From: a virus
Taxonomy: Duplodnaviria > Caudoviricetes
Length of the DNA stretch: 64,000 bases
IMG/VR virus record: IMGVR_UViG_3300037454_000475
Coordinates: 1 to 64,000 of that record
Strand: one strand, 5' to 3'
Every line of letters starts with the position of its first letter. Within the stretch, counting starts at the first letter, position 1. Positions 39,968 through 48,221 of the stretch are shown piece by piece. Both the position numbers and the translations under genes were made by a program. The notes below the pieces were generated by a model. That model saw nothing but the letters and a program-made list of their open reading frames with translations. It was not told the DNA's origin and made no database searches.

Positions 39968-40339
39968 TTATACCTCTATATGTAAAGCGCTTTACATTCC
40001 ACCATCCCGCACAACTCTACAAGGAGCGTCTTTAACCTCTCACTCTTTAATTATCGACTTGTGGTTGCCTGCGGTAACTTCTTTGAGTTTGTTACCCTCA
40101 ATGTGTCCTTTTGCGCTTATCAAATTGCATGACACGTATGATAAATTATTTGACCACCCCATCGAGTATCAAACTCAACTTTTTATAACAGATTGGCTAT
40201 CAAGCATCTCGAGCTACTTTTTAGTTCTCTGTAACCTCCTCTTTCCATGGAAGCCGGTTTGGGGGGATGTAAGGCAGGTCAGGGACGACAGGGACACTGA
40301 CGGTTTAAGAGCCTCACGCTCCCCTGAAGTTTGACCTTG

Positions 40340-40414
40340 TCGGATAGGCAGGATTCGAACCTGCGACCTCATGATCCCAAATCACGTGTGCTAACCTGAC
40401 TGCACCACTATCCG
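40340..40414 (-). tRNA. tRNA-Pro(TGG)
   Basis: CGTGA-TT TGG GA-TCATG. Confidence 0.95.
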
Positions 40415-40453
40415 GTACCACCGGCTTTTTCCAGGGAAACCGGTTCGAACCCA

Positions 40454-40955
40454 TACGCAACGTCAAGACGGTACCACCCGGGCGTTGTTAGGGAGGTGAT
40501 TCCTCCTCACCCGATCATTGTGAACCCGTAAGTGGGACTCCTTCTCCCATCAAACAGGTGGCTTGCCGAGTTACCAAGCAACGATCGAATCCTCGGAGCT
40601 CCTTAATACTGGCGAGCTGACCAAAAAGCCCCTTGCTACAGGCGGGCCGACCGACTCAACTTCATGTAACTTTTTCAGGGTGTGAGCGAACCCACAGGTT
40701 TATTTCCAGTCCTGTATCTGTCGATAAGGTTTGGCCGGCCGGATTCAGTTCCGGACTCGCGCTCCTTATCAGTTACGGAAGTTTTGCCCCACCGGCCGAA
40801 TATTCGCGGGAACTGGTGTGCTGCCCCGGCATCTCGGCGGGGATCGTTGTTGCGTTCCGGCGTGTGGTCGGCAGGGCTCGAAAAGGATTATTCGGCATCC
40901 CGTTGGCCAAACTGGAACCTATTTGGTCTGTGGGGGTACCATCACGATCTGCATA
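40454..40955 (-). ncRNA. Large (~500 nt) multi-pseudoknot structured RNA
   Basis: End-to-end helices plus at least 8 long-range complementary pairs, several crossing. Confidence 0.75.
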
Positions 40956-40963
40956 ACCTTTTG

Positions 40964-41035
40964 TGGACACATGTGGGATTCGAACCCCTCCGTCTCCGTG
41001 CAAGGGAGAAGTGCTACCGTTACACTACATGGCCC
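40964..41035 (-). tRNA. tRNA-Ala(TGC), bulged acceptor stem
   Basis: TCTCC-CT TGC AC-GGAGA; G3:U70. Confidence 0.8.
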
Positions 41036-41206
41036 ATTTGAAAAATTGGGTTCTTTTGTCGTCCTCCCGAGGTGTTCCGGAACCTTCATATACCCCTTGG
41101 GATACTGCCCGATTACAGAACTTCGATATACCCACGGCGCCATGGGAACCTGAAGGCTCGTTACGGATCAGGGTTGAACCCAAAACAATCCAAACCGCTT
41201 TTCACG

Positions 41207-41289
41207 TGACCTTGGCCGGACTCGAACCGGCACGGGTTTCCCCATAAGTCCCTCAAACTTACGCGTGCTGCCAATTTCGCCACAAGGCC
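41207..41289 (-). tRNA. tRNA-Leu(GAG)
   Basis: TAAGT-TT GAG GG-ACTTA. Confidence 0.93.
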
Positions 41290-41394
41290 ATACGTGGGAA
41301 CGTGTCCCACTTTCTATCTCTATTTATCTCGTGCTCGGAGTACGGAGCGAGCCCCTGTCGTTAATCACCATCCTTACCGTAAATGGCGATTTAG

Positions 41395-41482
41395 TAGCGG
41401 GAGGAGGATTCGAACCTCCGACCTCCTTTTGGGAAGTACTGGCTTATGAGACCAGCGAGATAGTCCACTTCTCTACCCCGCG
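41395..41482 (-). tRNA. Initiator-like tRNA-Met(CAT) with long variable arm
   Basis: CGCGGGG start, C1/U72 mismatch, CT CAT AA, extra ACTTCC/GGAGGT hairpin. Confidence 0.8.
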
Positions 41483-41496
41483 ATGTGTTTTTAATG

Positions 41497-41543
41497 TGGC
41501 CCCTCAAGGATTCGAACCTCGTACGCTTTCCAAAGCAGGGGCT
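41497..41543 (-). ncRNA. Mini-tRNA (acceptor, T arm and one small hairpin)
   Basis: GCCCCT/AGGGGC, CGAGG-TTCGAAT-CCTTG. Confidence 0.6.
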
Positions 41544-41679
41544 CTTTGGAGTTTAATATCGAAAAACTCCTCGGGATCTAAAACGCATGACTTTCACATG
41601 ATAGCCCAAGAGCTCTGTTGGGATATATAATAATCACCAGTCGTTAAGGGGCAATTACTCCCTGTAGTTAGGTGAACTG

Positions 41680-41753
41680 TGGTCCCGGGAGGATTCGAAC
41701 CTCCGACCTGCTGATTATGAGTCAGCTGCTCTAACCTGCTGCGCTACAAGACC
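41680..41753 (-). tRNA. tRNA(CAT), probably Ile2
   Basis: GCTGA-CT CAT AA-TCAGC. Confidence 0.85.
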
Positions 41754-41913
41754 GAAGGATAATGTCCTTGTTTTCCGGCGAGAGGAGGCGCTTTGCAAAG
41801 ATTTTTGGACGTAATAACATCCAGTCCGGAGCTCCTCAAGGAACGGTATTATACGGTGCACCGAACGCAGATTTACATGGAATTAACCAATACGGCGTAC
41901 AAGCGACATTATT

Positions 41914-41986
41914 GCGGGGAGAACAGGATTCGAACCCATCTTATTTACGGCCTATGAACTTACTTTACCGGTATTAGCTCTTCCCG
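41914..41986 (-). pseudogene. Degenerate tRNA-like sequence
   Basis: T arm and partial acceptor only. Confidence 0.45.
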
Positions 41987-42067
41987 GTGTTTCTTTTCAA
42001 ATCCAACCTAACGGATAAAAGCCGGCCTCACGTTAGGAGCATCCCCAATATTTGTTTCCGGCATTGG

Positions 42068-42142
42068 TTGCGGGAACCGGATTCGAACCGGTGTGGAACG
42101 GCTTATGAGACCGTGCTGGAACCATCTCCAGTCTATCCCGCA
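42068..42142 (-). tRNA. tRNA-Met(CAT), initiator-like
   Basis: TGCGGGA/TCCCGCA; ACGGT-CT CAT AA-GCCGT. Confidence 0.88.
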
Positions 42143-42150
42143 ATAAATAG

Positions 42151-42267
42151 GTGCTTGGGTTGGACTCGCACCAACAACCTTCCGGTCTCATCCGGAGGCT
42201 CTACATAACCGCGGTGGTATTGATCAGATACCTGCTGACATCATGCCCCTATTTGAGCTACCAAGCT
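42151..42267 (-). ncRNA. tRNA-scaffold RNA with ~45 nt D-loop insert and 6-nt anticodon loop
   Basis: GCTC/GAGC D stem encloses nested hairpins; TCCGG-ATGAGA-CCGGA. Confidence 0.75.
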
Positions 42268-42284
42268 ACGCATGTGCACTGCGC

Positions 42285-42790
42285 TTTTGATTGTTTGGTG
42301 TATTAACGCCACACCGGCGTATTGGACGCCGATCAGATGACCGCATCGGCGCGCGGACTCTTGCTGTTAACGCAATAGTTGCAACGACCTTTCATGATTA
42401 GACTTTGCCTTCGTCGTCCCGGCGCCGTCCCTACTGGATCTGTTGGAGTCTGTCCCACTTCCGTTCCGTTCCTGTAAGAGTATCGAACATCCGTGGTAAG
42501 CCGTCTTTCGGGAACCAAATATGTTTATCGCTTCCGGCATTGCATCGGCCCTCTCTTTGTGAATATATGGTCGTCTTTGGGCTTCTTGGCGGATTGGCTG
42601 GATGTTATCGCCTTTTCGGCCACGTGATCTTTCACAGCATCAGCGCCTTTCAATCCTGATGGTTTCCTGTTACATCGGGTGCCTATCATTTCAGCTACCT
42701 TTCATTTCGGCAGGAGTTAATTGAGGGGCGGACACGGGTCGGCCCAGGGCGGCAAAAGCCGCGGAATTACTCCACCCAGTTTAATCACAA
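42285..42790 (-). ncRNA. Candidate large (~500 nt) structured RNA
   Basis: No credible ORF; ends pair (TGATT/AATCA, GGTG/CACC); many GAAA-type segments. Confidence 0.55.
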
Positions 42791-42867
42791 TGGTGGACAC
42801 AGAAGGGCTTCGAACCCTCGACCTCCTGACTGCCAGTCAGGCGTTCTACCAACTGAACTACTGGCCC
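42791..42867 (-). tRNA. tRNA-Ala(GGC), bulged acceptor stem
   Basis: CCTGA-CT GGC AG-TCAGG; G3:U70; CCA. Confidence 0.9.
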
Positions 42868-42950
42868 ATAACATTCTCGGATGTTTTCTCCTTTATCTTA
42901 TCACAAGACCAATTTCAGGTCAACTACCACTTGCAAATCTAACTCTTTGT

Positions 42951-43161
42951 TTGCGCGCGGGGAGGTTGTCGATCCTCCGTCTTCCGTGAATGCTTTGATA
43001 AACACACTTCGGTTCTTTGTTGAGCTCGCGGATGGCATTTTATGGCTCCAATTCACCGGCGGGGTCATGACTCCCCAATGGCTGTCCGTTATATTTCTAT
43101 GGTTTAATCTTTCAACCTCCGAGGTCGTTCGGCGTTCCTCTGTAGGTTTTTTAATGCGCGC
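42951..43161 (-). ncRNA. ~210 nt RNA with tRNA-like 3' end
   Basis: GCGCGC/GCGCGC closing helix; GGAGG-ATCGACAA-CCTCC T-like arm. Confidence 0.45.
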
Positions 43162-43187
43162 TAACCTACTTAATTATTGTGTGTTTG

Positions 43188-43260
43188 TCGGGTTAGGTGG
43201 GCTCGAACCACCGACCTATCGCGTATCAGGCGAGTGCTCTACCAACTGAGCTACAACCCG
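43188..43260 (-). tRNA. tRNA-Ile(GAT)
   Basis: TCGC-CT GAT AC-GCGA. Confidence 0.93.
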
Positions 43261-43534
43261 GTGAGGCGGATGGAATCACTTCTTTCCGCCAATCTCATGG
43301 ATACGACCAATCACTTTCCGTTTATTCGGTACTGTCAGGTGTTGGGTCGATTACTTCCACCACCCTACTGGCAGCGATCTCCTGATTTCAGCATATAGCA
43401 AACCGGTGAGTTTTGGGCCGCTTTCGGCCACGGGTGTGATTTAGTAACGTGAAATCGTATCCGTATATCTTTACCGCCCATTATACAAAGTTCCGTTCAG
43501 GTGGTTAACCATCCCTTCCAGCGATATGTGGCGG

Positions 43535-43573
43535 ATAAGAATCAATCAAATGTCTCCCAATATGTCAAAGAAC
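43535..43573 (-). promoter_or_regulatory. boxA-containing leader, copy 2
   Basis: 39 bp identical to 50909-50947; begins GTTCTTTGACA. Confidence 0.8.
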
Positions 43574-43610
43574 GTTGTTCTTTGTTGTTGGAACCTTGTT
43601 CCTTCAACAC

Positions 43611-43644
43611 CTATATATAATAAACACCGCTGATTTATTAACAA
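43611..43644 (-). promoter_or_regulatory. Internal promoter of RNA operon
   Basis: TTGTTAA...TTATATATAG phage motif. Confidence 0.75.
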
Positions 43645-43668
43645 GGAAATTGAAAAAAAAATCGCTTG

Positions 43669-43739
43669 AGGCTCTTACTGGACTCGAACCAGTGTCTGTT
43701 GACTACGAAACAACTATTCTACCCCTAAACTAAAAAGCC
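43669..43739 (-). tRNA. tRNA-Thr(CGT)
   Basis: Loop TT CGT AG. Confidence 0.85.
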
Positions 43740-43823
43740 ATGGACGGGGTTTTTGTTATTTTCTCATCGAGTGTTAGCCCCCGAAACTCATAACTCGATA
43801 AAGTTGGGCGCTACCCAACACGC

Positions 43824-43897
43824 GGCGTATGTGCGGTGCTCGAACCCGCCAACAGGAGATTTGGTCCCCTCGCTCGCCATCTTGCGTTACATACTCA
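43824..43897 (-). ncRNA. Aberrant tRNA-like RNA
   Basis: GTATGT/ACATAC, AGGGGA-CCAAA-TCTCCT, distorted T arm. Confidence 0.5.
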
Positions 43898-43982
43898 TAT
43901 GCGGTTAATTACTCCGCACGGGTACCCTCTCTTTCTCTTTCAATACCGCGTCCGATATTTACTCATACTCAAGTCAGGTCTG

Positions 43983-44063
43983 TACCCCGAGAGGGACTCG
44001 AACCCTCACCCTTTCGGACTGGGTTTTGAAGCCAGCGCGTCCTGCCAATTTCGCCACCGGGGT
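43983..44063 (-). tRNA. tRNA-Leu(CAA)
   Basis: Loop TT CAA AA; class II arm. Confidence 0.92.
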
Positions 44064-44241
44064 GTAAATAGGATTTCCTCTTATACTACCCATGAGGGAA
44101 ACCCAAAAAGCTAACATGCACGTACACATACGATTACGTGACCCATCGGTGTCCCATATCCATCACCGAAGCGATGCACAGAGGGTGTGAGCAGCTGTAC
44201 GATCCCAAGTACTGACCGGTACTTCGTTGGGCTTTCATGTC

Positions 44242-45201
44242 TTATATCTTCCCGTTAAACGGGTTCGGTATTCCGTAAATTTTGTAGATCAAATGATCAT
44301 TTATATCAAATGGGTTACCATACAACTTCGAGTACCTAAATATGCAATCGTTCTTGTATTTTTCAAACATTTCATCGGTATAGGTAAGTTCCTTGTACTT
44401 CTCCCTAAAATCCATGGCAGCTTTCCAATCAAGATCCCGGATATCCTCAACCGGATCATCCATAACCGTTAACAAACCTTCAAAATAATTGAATGTGGAA
44501 GCTGATGTCAGTATATGTTTACCCATACAGATGTTCTCAAATATGCGAACCACATTTTGTGAAATTGCGGTATCCGATTCCGGGTTATGAGGTACGTCCA
44601 AAATAAATTTGGTGTTGTACACAACATCCTTGATTTCGTTGGGTCTCAATCCTTCGATACAATAAAATGACTTATCAATAAGTTTGATTTCATCAAAATA
44701 TTTTTTTCTCGAACTTGATGCTTGACCAAAAAATCCAAGATTATAATCATAATCCCCGGAATTTCCGATGTGCTCTGATTGATTGTAAAATCTTAATGGC
44801 ATCCACTTGAGCTTGTTCCATTGATTTGGGAGGAGTTCCTTGTAATACTCAAAGGATTCCAGCCACAAAAGCCATATTTCATCAACATCCTGCAACCATT
44901 CATCTTCCATGTACGGCATAACCCAATACGGTGAATGTTCGGTTTCAAGTAATATCAACTTATTGTATCTCGCCTTTATTTCCTTGAGATCGTACAAATT
45001 GATTGGTTGGGTTGGATATGGCTTTATGTCAAACGGAGCTTTTTTCGAATCAAACCGATCAATACATGGCCAATTGAATATGAGTGTCCCTTGTGGTTCG
45101 GTTTCATCATAGTGCTCAAGGATCATATCCCGAACGCTTGTGATATCCGAATTGAAGAATACACTAATATTTTTGCCACGTTGCAAATAGTTGATCTTCA
45201 T
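44242..45201 (-). CDS. Hypothetical protein, possibly GT-B glycosyltransferase-like
   Basis: Start reassigned to MKINYLQ; FFG....R, KFILDV, RIFE.I..GK.ILT. Confidence 0.6.
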   Translation of the reverse strand: MKINYLQRGKNISVFFNSDITSVRDMILEHYDETEPQGTLIFNWPCIDRFDSKKAPFDIKPYPTQPINLYDLKEIKARYNKLILLETEHSPYWVMPYMEDEWLQDVDEIWLLWLESFEYYKELLPNQWNKLKWMPLRFYNQSEHIGNSGDYDYNLGFFGQASSSRKKYFDEIKLIDKSFYCIEGLRPNEIKDVVYNTKFILDVPHNPESDTAISQNVVRIFENICMGKHILTSASTFNYFEGLLTVMDDPVEDIRDLDWKAAMDFREKYKELTYTDEMFEKYKNDCIFRYSKLYGNPFDINDHLIYKIYGIPNPFNGKI

Positions 45202-45216
45202 ATGTTTGCTTTTTAT

Positions 45217-45289
45217 TGCACAACCTGTGAGGAATTGAACCTCAACCCCCGGCCGCGCCGGTGCTCTATACCGTGAGCTACAGGTGTAC
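45217..45289 (-). ncRNA. Anticodon-less tRNA mimic (3-nt loop)
   Basis: Perfect D and T stems; CCGGC-GCG-GCCGG. Confidence 0.75.
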
Positions 45290-45442
45290 TTCCGAATCGC
45301 ACGGAATGCGGTTCCTTCAGGAGCCGGTAACTCTGTTTCCACCAGTTGGGTCAGGAACATACCCCCGCCTATTGCTACCAAGACGGCTAATCCCTTCTCT
45401 TTTATATCGCCCGGTAGGGAACGTGCTATCACATGTGAAAAG

Positions 45443-45513
45443 TTGTCCCGTCGGGATTCGAACCCAAAATTACAGATCCAAAATCTGTCGTGTTACCGTT
45501 ACACTACGAGACA
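45443..45513 (-). tRNA. tRNA-Gln(TTG)
   Basis: ACAGA-TT TTG GA-TCTGT. Confidence 0.93.
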
Positions 45514-45626
45514 ATAGTAACCCAACCTACCTCAACTTCTATTTTGCTTCATTGGCATCCTGAACCTCCGGAGAGTGGAACTTAAACCCTTTCACTGGTC
45601 TTTCAACCTTCTATCGGTTGGGTTTG

Positions 45627-45698
45627 TTGTTCTAACTGGATTCGAACCAATTCCTCCTGATCCAGGGTCAGGTGTACTACCGGATATACTATGGAACA
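45627..45698 (-). tRNA. tRNA-Gln(CTG)
   Basis: CCTGA-CC CTG GA-TCAGG (C33). Confidence 0.85.
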
Positions 45699-45740
45699 AT
45701 CAACTTTGGTATAATATATGAAACCTTTACAAGAATTTCG

Positions 45741-46139
45741 TTATTCAACAATATTTATTCGGCAATTGCAGTTCTCATAAGATATCTTACCATCTCCATT
45801 TTCAAGTATGTAATAATAATCATCCTGTGTTATTTCCAACCCTTTGAATCTGCATTGGTTGCCTCTGTGATCAATGACTTGTTTTCCAAGGTTATATTTC
45901 ACATATTCACATATTGGCTTCATATTTCCGCATCCGGATCTTTCGATTTGTGAATCAACAAAATCTTCCGGTTTGGTAAGTTGAAGGCTGTAACCAATAG
46001 TGCTGAAATACGATGGAGTAAATAGTCCCAATCTTGTAAATATGCGGAACCATATACTTTCATACCAATCAAGCATCTGCTTTATGGATTTGAATCGTAT
46101 TGTGTAATGAAATGGTAACCTTAAACGCATATACCGCAT
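45741..46139 (-). CDS. Hypothetical protein
   Basis: 132 aa AT-rich ORF between tRNAs. Confidence 0.65.
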   Translation of the reverse strand: MRYMRLRLPFHYTIRFKSIKQMLDWYESIWFRIFTRLGLFTPSYFSTIGYSLQLTKPEDFVDSQIERSGCGNMKPICEYVKYNLGKQVIDHRGNQCRFKGLEITQDDYYYILENGDGKISYENCNCRINIVE

Positions 46140-46156
46140 ATACCATATTTTATTTG

Positions 46157-46231
46157 CCCGAACGAACGGTTACGATCCGTCTATTTTACCGGAGTGACAG
46201 TCCGGTTCCTCACCAAGAGGCCTACGCTCGG
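46157..46231 (-). tRNA. tRNA-Asp(GTC), divergent
   Basis: CCGGA-CT GTC AC-TCCGG; T loop ATCGTAA. Confidence 0.75.
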
Positions 46232-46289
46232 ATAGAACCACGCTTTATTTTTGTCATTGTATGATGAAGCATGGGTGAACATCACATGC

Positions 46290-46447
46290 GTGGGTATGGG
46301 TGGAATTGAACCTTGAACAACGCCGTTACTCCTGTCTTACTTGCCGCGGATTTTCGTACAGTTTCTCAACGCCGTAAACCTAACCCTCTAAATAAGAGGA
46401 ACCTCCCTCACTGGAGGCCCCGCTACCGTTACGGGGTTACATACCCA
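46290..46447 (-). ncRNA. tRNA-scaffold RNA with ~95 nt variable-region insert
   Basis: TGGGTATG/CATACCCA, CCCCG/CGGGG D stem, 6-nt loop AGTGAG. Confidence 0.7.
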
Positions 46448-46452
46448 TATGT

Positions 46453-46526
46453 TGGCAGGGGTGGATGGAATCGAACCACCAACTACGGTTTTGGAGACCG
46501 GCATTATACCGTTTAACTACACCCCT
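46453..46526 (-). tRNA. tRNA-Trp(CCA)
   Basis: CGGT-CT CCA AA-ACCG; CCA end. Confidence 0.95.
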
Positions 46527-46620
46527 ATACGTGTACCATTCACCATGTTCGAACGGTACCAATGTCACCACAACTCTATTGTTTCACCATTATGTCCGGA
46601 GCGGTGGGAGAAGACACGCG

Positions 46621-46693
46621 TGGGAAGGAGTGGAGTCGAACCACTATCTTCGGATTTTCAGTCCGCCGCATAGACCTGCTTTGCTACCTTCCC
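46621..46693 (-). tRNA. tRNA-Phe(GAA)
   Basis: CGGA-CT GAA AA-TCCG. Confidence 0.92.
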
Positions 46694-46700
46694 ATATATG

Positions 46701-46783
46701 CGGAGAGCAGAGGAATCGAACCTCATACGTTGCCGTACACACAATTTAGCAGAATGGTTCCTTGCCTGAAGGATTTACTCTCC
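46701..46783 (-). tRNA. tRNA-Ser(GCT), 8/4 fold
   Basis: GGAGAGTA/TGCTCTCC; GAGG/CCTC; loop CT GCT AA, weak anticodon stem. Confidence 0.75.
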
Positions 46784-46792
46784 ATTAAGAAA

Positions 46793-47071
46793 AAACCGAG
46801 TAAGAATTGATGATCACGAAGACCTCGAATTACATGGCGAGCTACGGACTGGAGAAACGGCGGCTGGTTACGCCGATTGCATTACCACGTAGGGTTTTAC
46901 CTCCTGTTGCGTTGCGCGTATGGCTCCTCACGGACAAGACCCTTTCGGGGTACCAACACTCTTCACGGAGCTGACGGTCTGCCTTCGGCTACCGGCGCCT
47001 ACATGCACGCTTATTCCGGAATTACACGTACACTTACCTCCGACACTACTGGGTGGCCCTATACTCGGTTT
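46793..47071 (-). ncRNA. Candidate ~280 nt structured RNA
   Basis: Perfect 10-bp closing helix AAACCGAGTA/TACTCGGTTT; internal GNRA hairpins. Confidence 0.6.
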
Positions 47072-47089
47072 AACCGAATGAACGGTTTG

Positions 47090-47166
47090 TGGAGCAGATG
47101 ACGGGGTTCGAACCCGCAAACCTCCTGCTTGGCAAGCAGGCTATCTACCAATTGATATACATCTGC
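47090..47166 (-). tRNA. tRNA-Gly(GCC)
   Basis: CCTGC-TT GCC AA-GCAGG; CCA. Confidence 0.93.
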
Positions 47167-47351
47167 ATGGATGCAAGTCGCTAACGTTCTCTCGAAACCT
47201 CACTTGCGAACCCGGCCGTGGTTCATGGTTTTGGCTGATCTACCTCCTCACAGCTGGCGCCCGGATTATATGGCAAATCCGGGTTAGCCCCGTTTTACTC
47301 CGCCGGGAAGCACTTATTGTCTCCGGCCCCCGGTCGCTTAACGGTACAGCG

Positions 47352-47433
47352 TTGGAAGGGAGGGATTCGAACCCCCGAACCCAATGGGAGTGGATTTACA
47401 GTCCACCGCGTTTAACCACTTCGCTACCTTCCA
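47352..47433 (-). tRNA. tRNA-Tyr(GTA)
   Basis: GTGGA-CT GTA AA-TCCAC. Confidence 0.93.
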
Positions 47434-47576
47434 ATGTTTGGAACTAATGAAGCTGTGTCAACTTTCATTCTTCATCCGAGTTAAAGAATTATCTGTCATT
47501 TAACTAATGTGACCATTGTATTCAAGGCGCCCGGCCACTATCCTCGGTTTTTGTACTTCATGTCATTGTCCCATTG

Positions 47577-47672
47577 TGCCGCCGGTAGGGCTCGAACCTA
47601 CTTACTGCTAAAGTCCACTACGAAAATTTGTTAAAGCAGATCGGTTTTACAGACCGGTTCCGTTACGTCGGC
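47577..47672 (-). ncRNA. D-armless tRNA-like RNA, GTA anticodon, ~39 nt variable arm
   Basis: CGGT-CT GTA AA-ACCG; CTGCT/AGCAG; perfect T arm. Confidence 0.7.
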
Positions 47673-47716
47673 ATTATAATAACTCCCATATTACTTGGCT
47701 GTATACCCTATAGGAA

Positions 47717-47780
47717 CGTGCGTTGTTTGGAGTCGAACCAAATTCAGTAACAGCATCACTTGACAAATGCTTCGCGCACT
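47717..47780 (-). ncRNA. Truncated tRNA-like RNA
   Basis: GTGCG/CGCAC, AGCAT/ATGCT hairpin, TTTGG-TTCGACT-CCAAA. Confidence 0.5.
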
Positions 47781-47813
47781 ACCTTTCCAGTTTATACAGC
47801 ATGAAAGGAATTG

Positions 47814-47885
47814 AGCCGATGGAGGGATTCGAACCCCCGACCAACTGATTACAAAACAGTAGCGCTACCACTGCGCCACATCGGC
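47814..47885 (-). tRNA. tRNA-Thr(TGT)
   Basis: Loop TT TGT AA. Confidence 0.93.
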
Positions 47886-47892
47886 TTATCTG

Positions 47893-47966
47893 TCTCCCTG
47901 GAGGGACTCGAACCCCCAACCTTATGATCCGTAGTCATGCGCTCTATCCAATTGGGCTACAGGGAG
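47893..47966 (-). tRNA. tRNA-Arg(ACG)
   Basis: ATGA-CT ACG GA-TCAT. Confidence 0.93.
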
Positions 47967-48057
47967 GAGTTTGAAGAGTTACTACGCTACCCTTCGAAGC
48001 TGTTCCAACGGTGCCTTATCAGGCAGCGATGGCCATTTTTGATCTATTGCCGTTTGG

Positions 48058-48140
48058 CGGAGAATTGAGGTATCGATCCCCATACAGAATGTACAGCACG
48101 TTTTCAAGACGGCTCCCCTCACCATCAGGGTTAATTCTCC
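48058..48140 (-). tRNA. tRNA-Ser(TGA), 8/4 fold
   Basis: Near-identical to 38152-38233 but with a TGA anticodon. Confidence 0.82.
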
Positions 48141-48221
48141 AATGGAGCCGCTTTCGAGTGATCCCGGACACTACCCCGGCGGGCGCGGCATACCCATATG
48201 TGTTTGTGCGATTGTATCCTA

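Noticed and set aside
45202-45432. N-terminal extension of the 396-aa track ORF
   Set aside because: It overlaps a tRNA-like RNA and structured spacer; better start at 45201
48143-48190. Small helix GCCGC/GCGGC ending in TCCA
   Set aside because: Could be a CCA-ended mini-RNA, but 5 bp without a T loop is too little support
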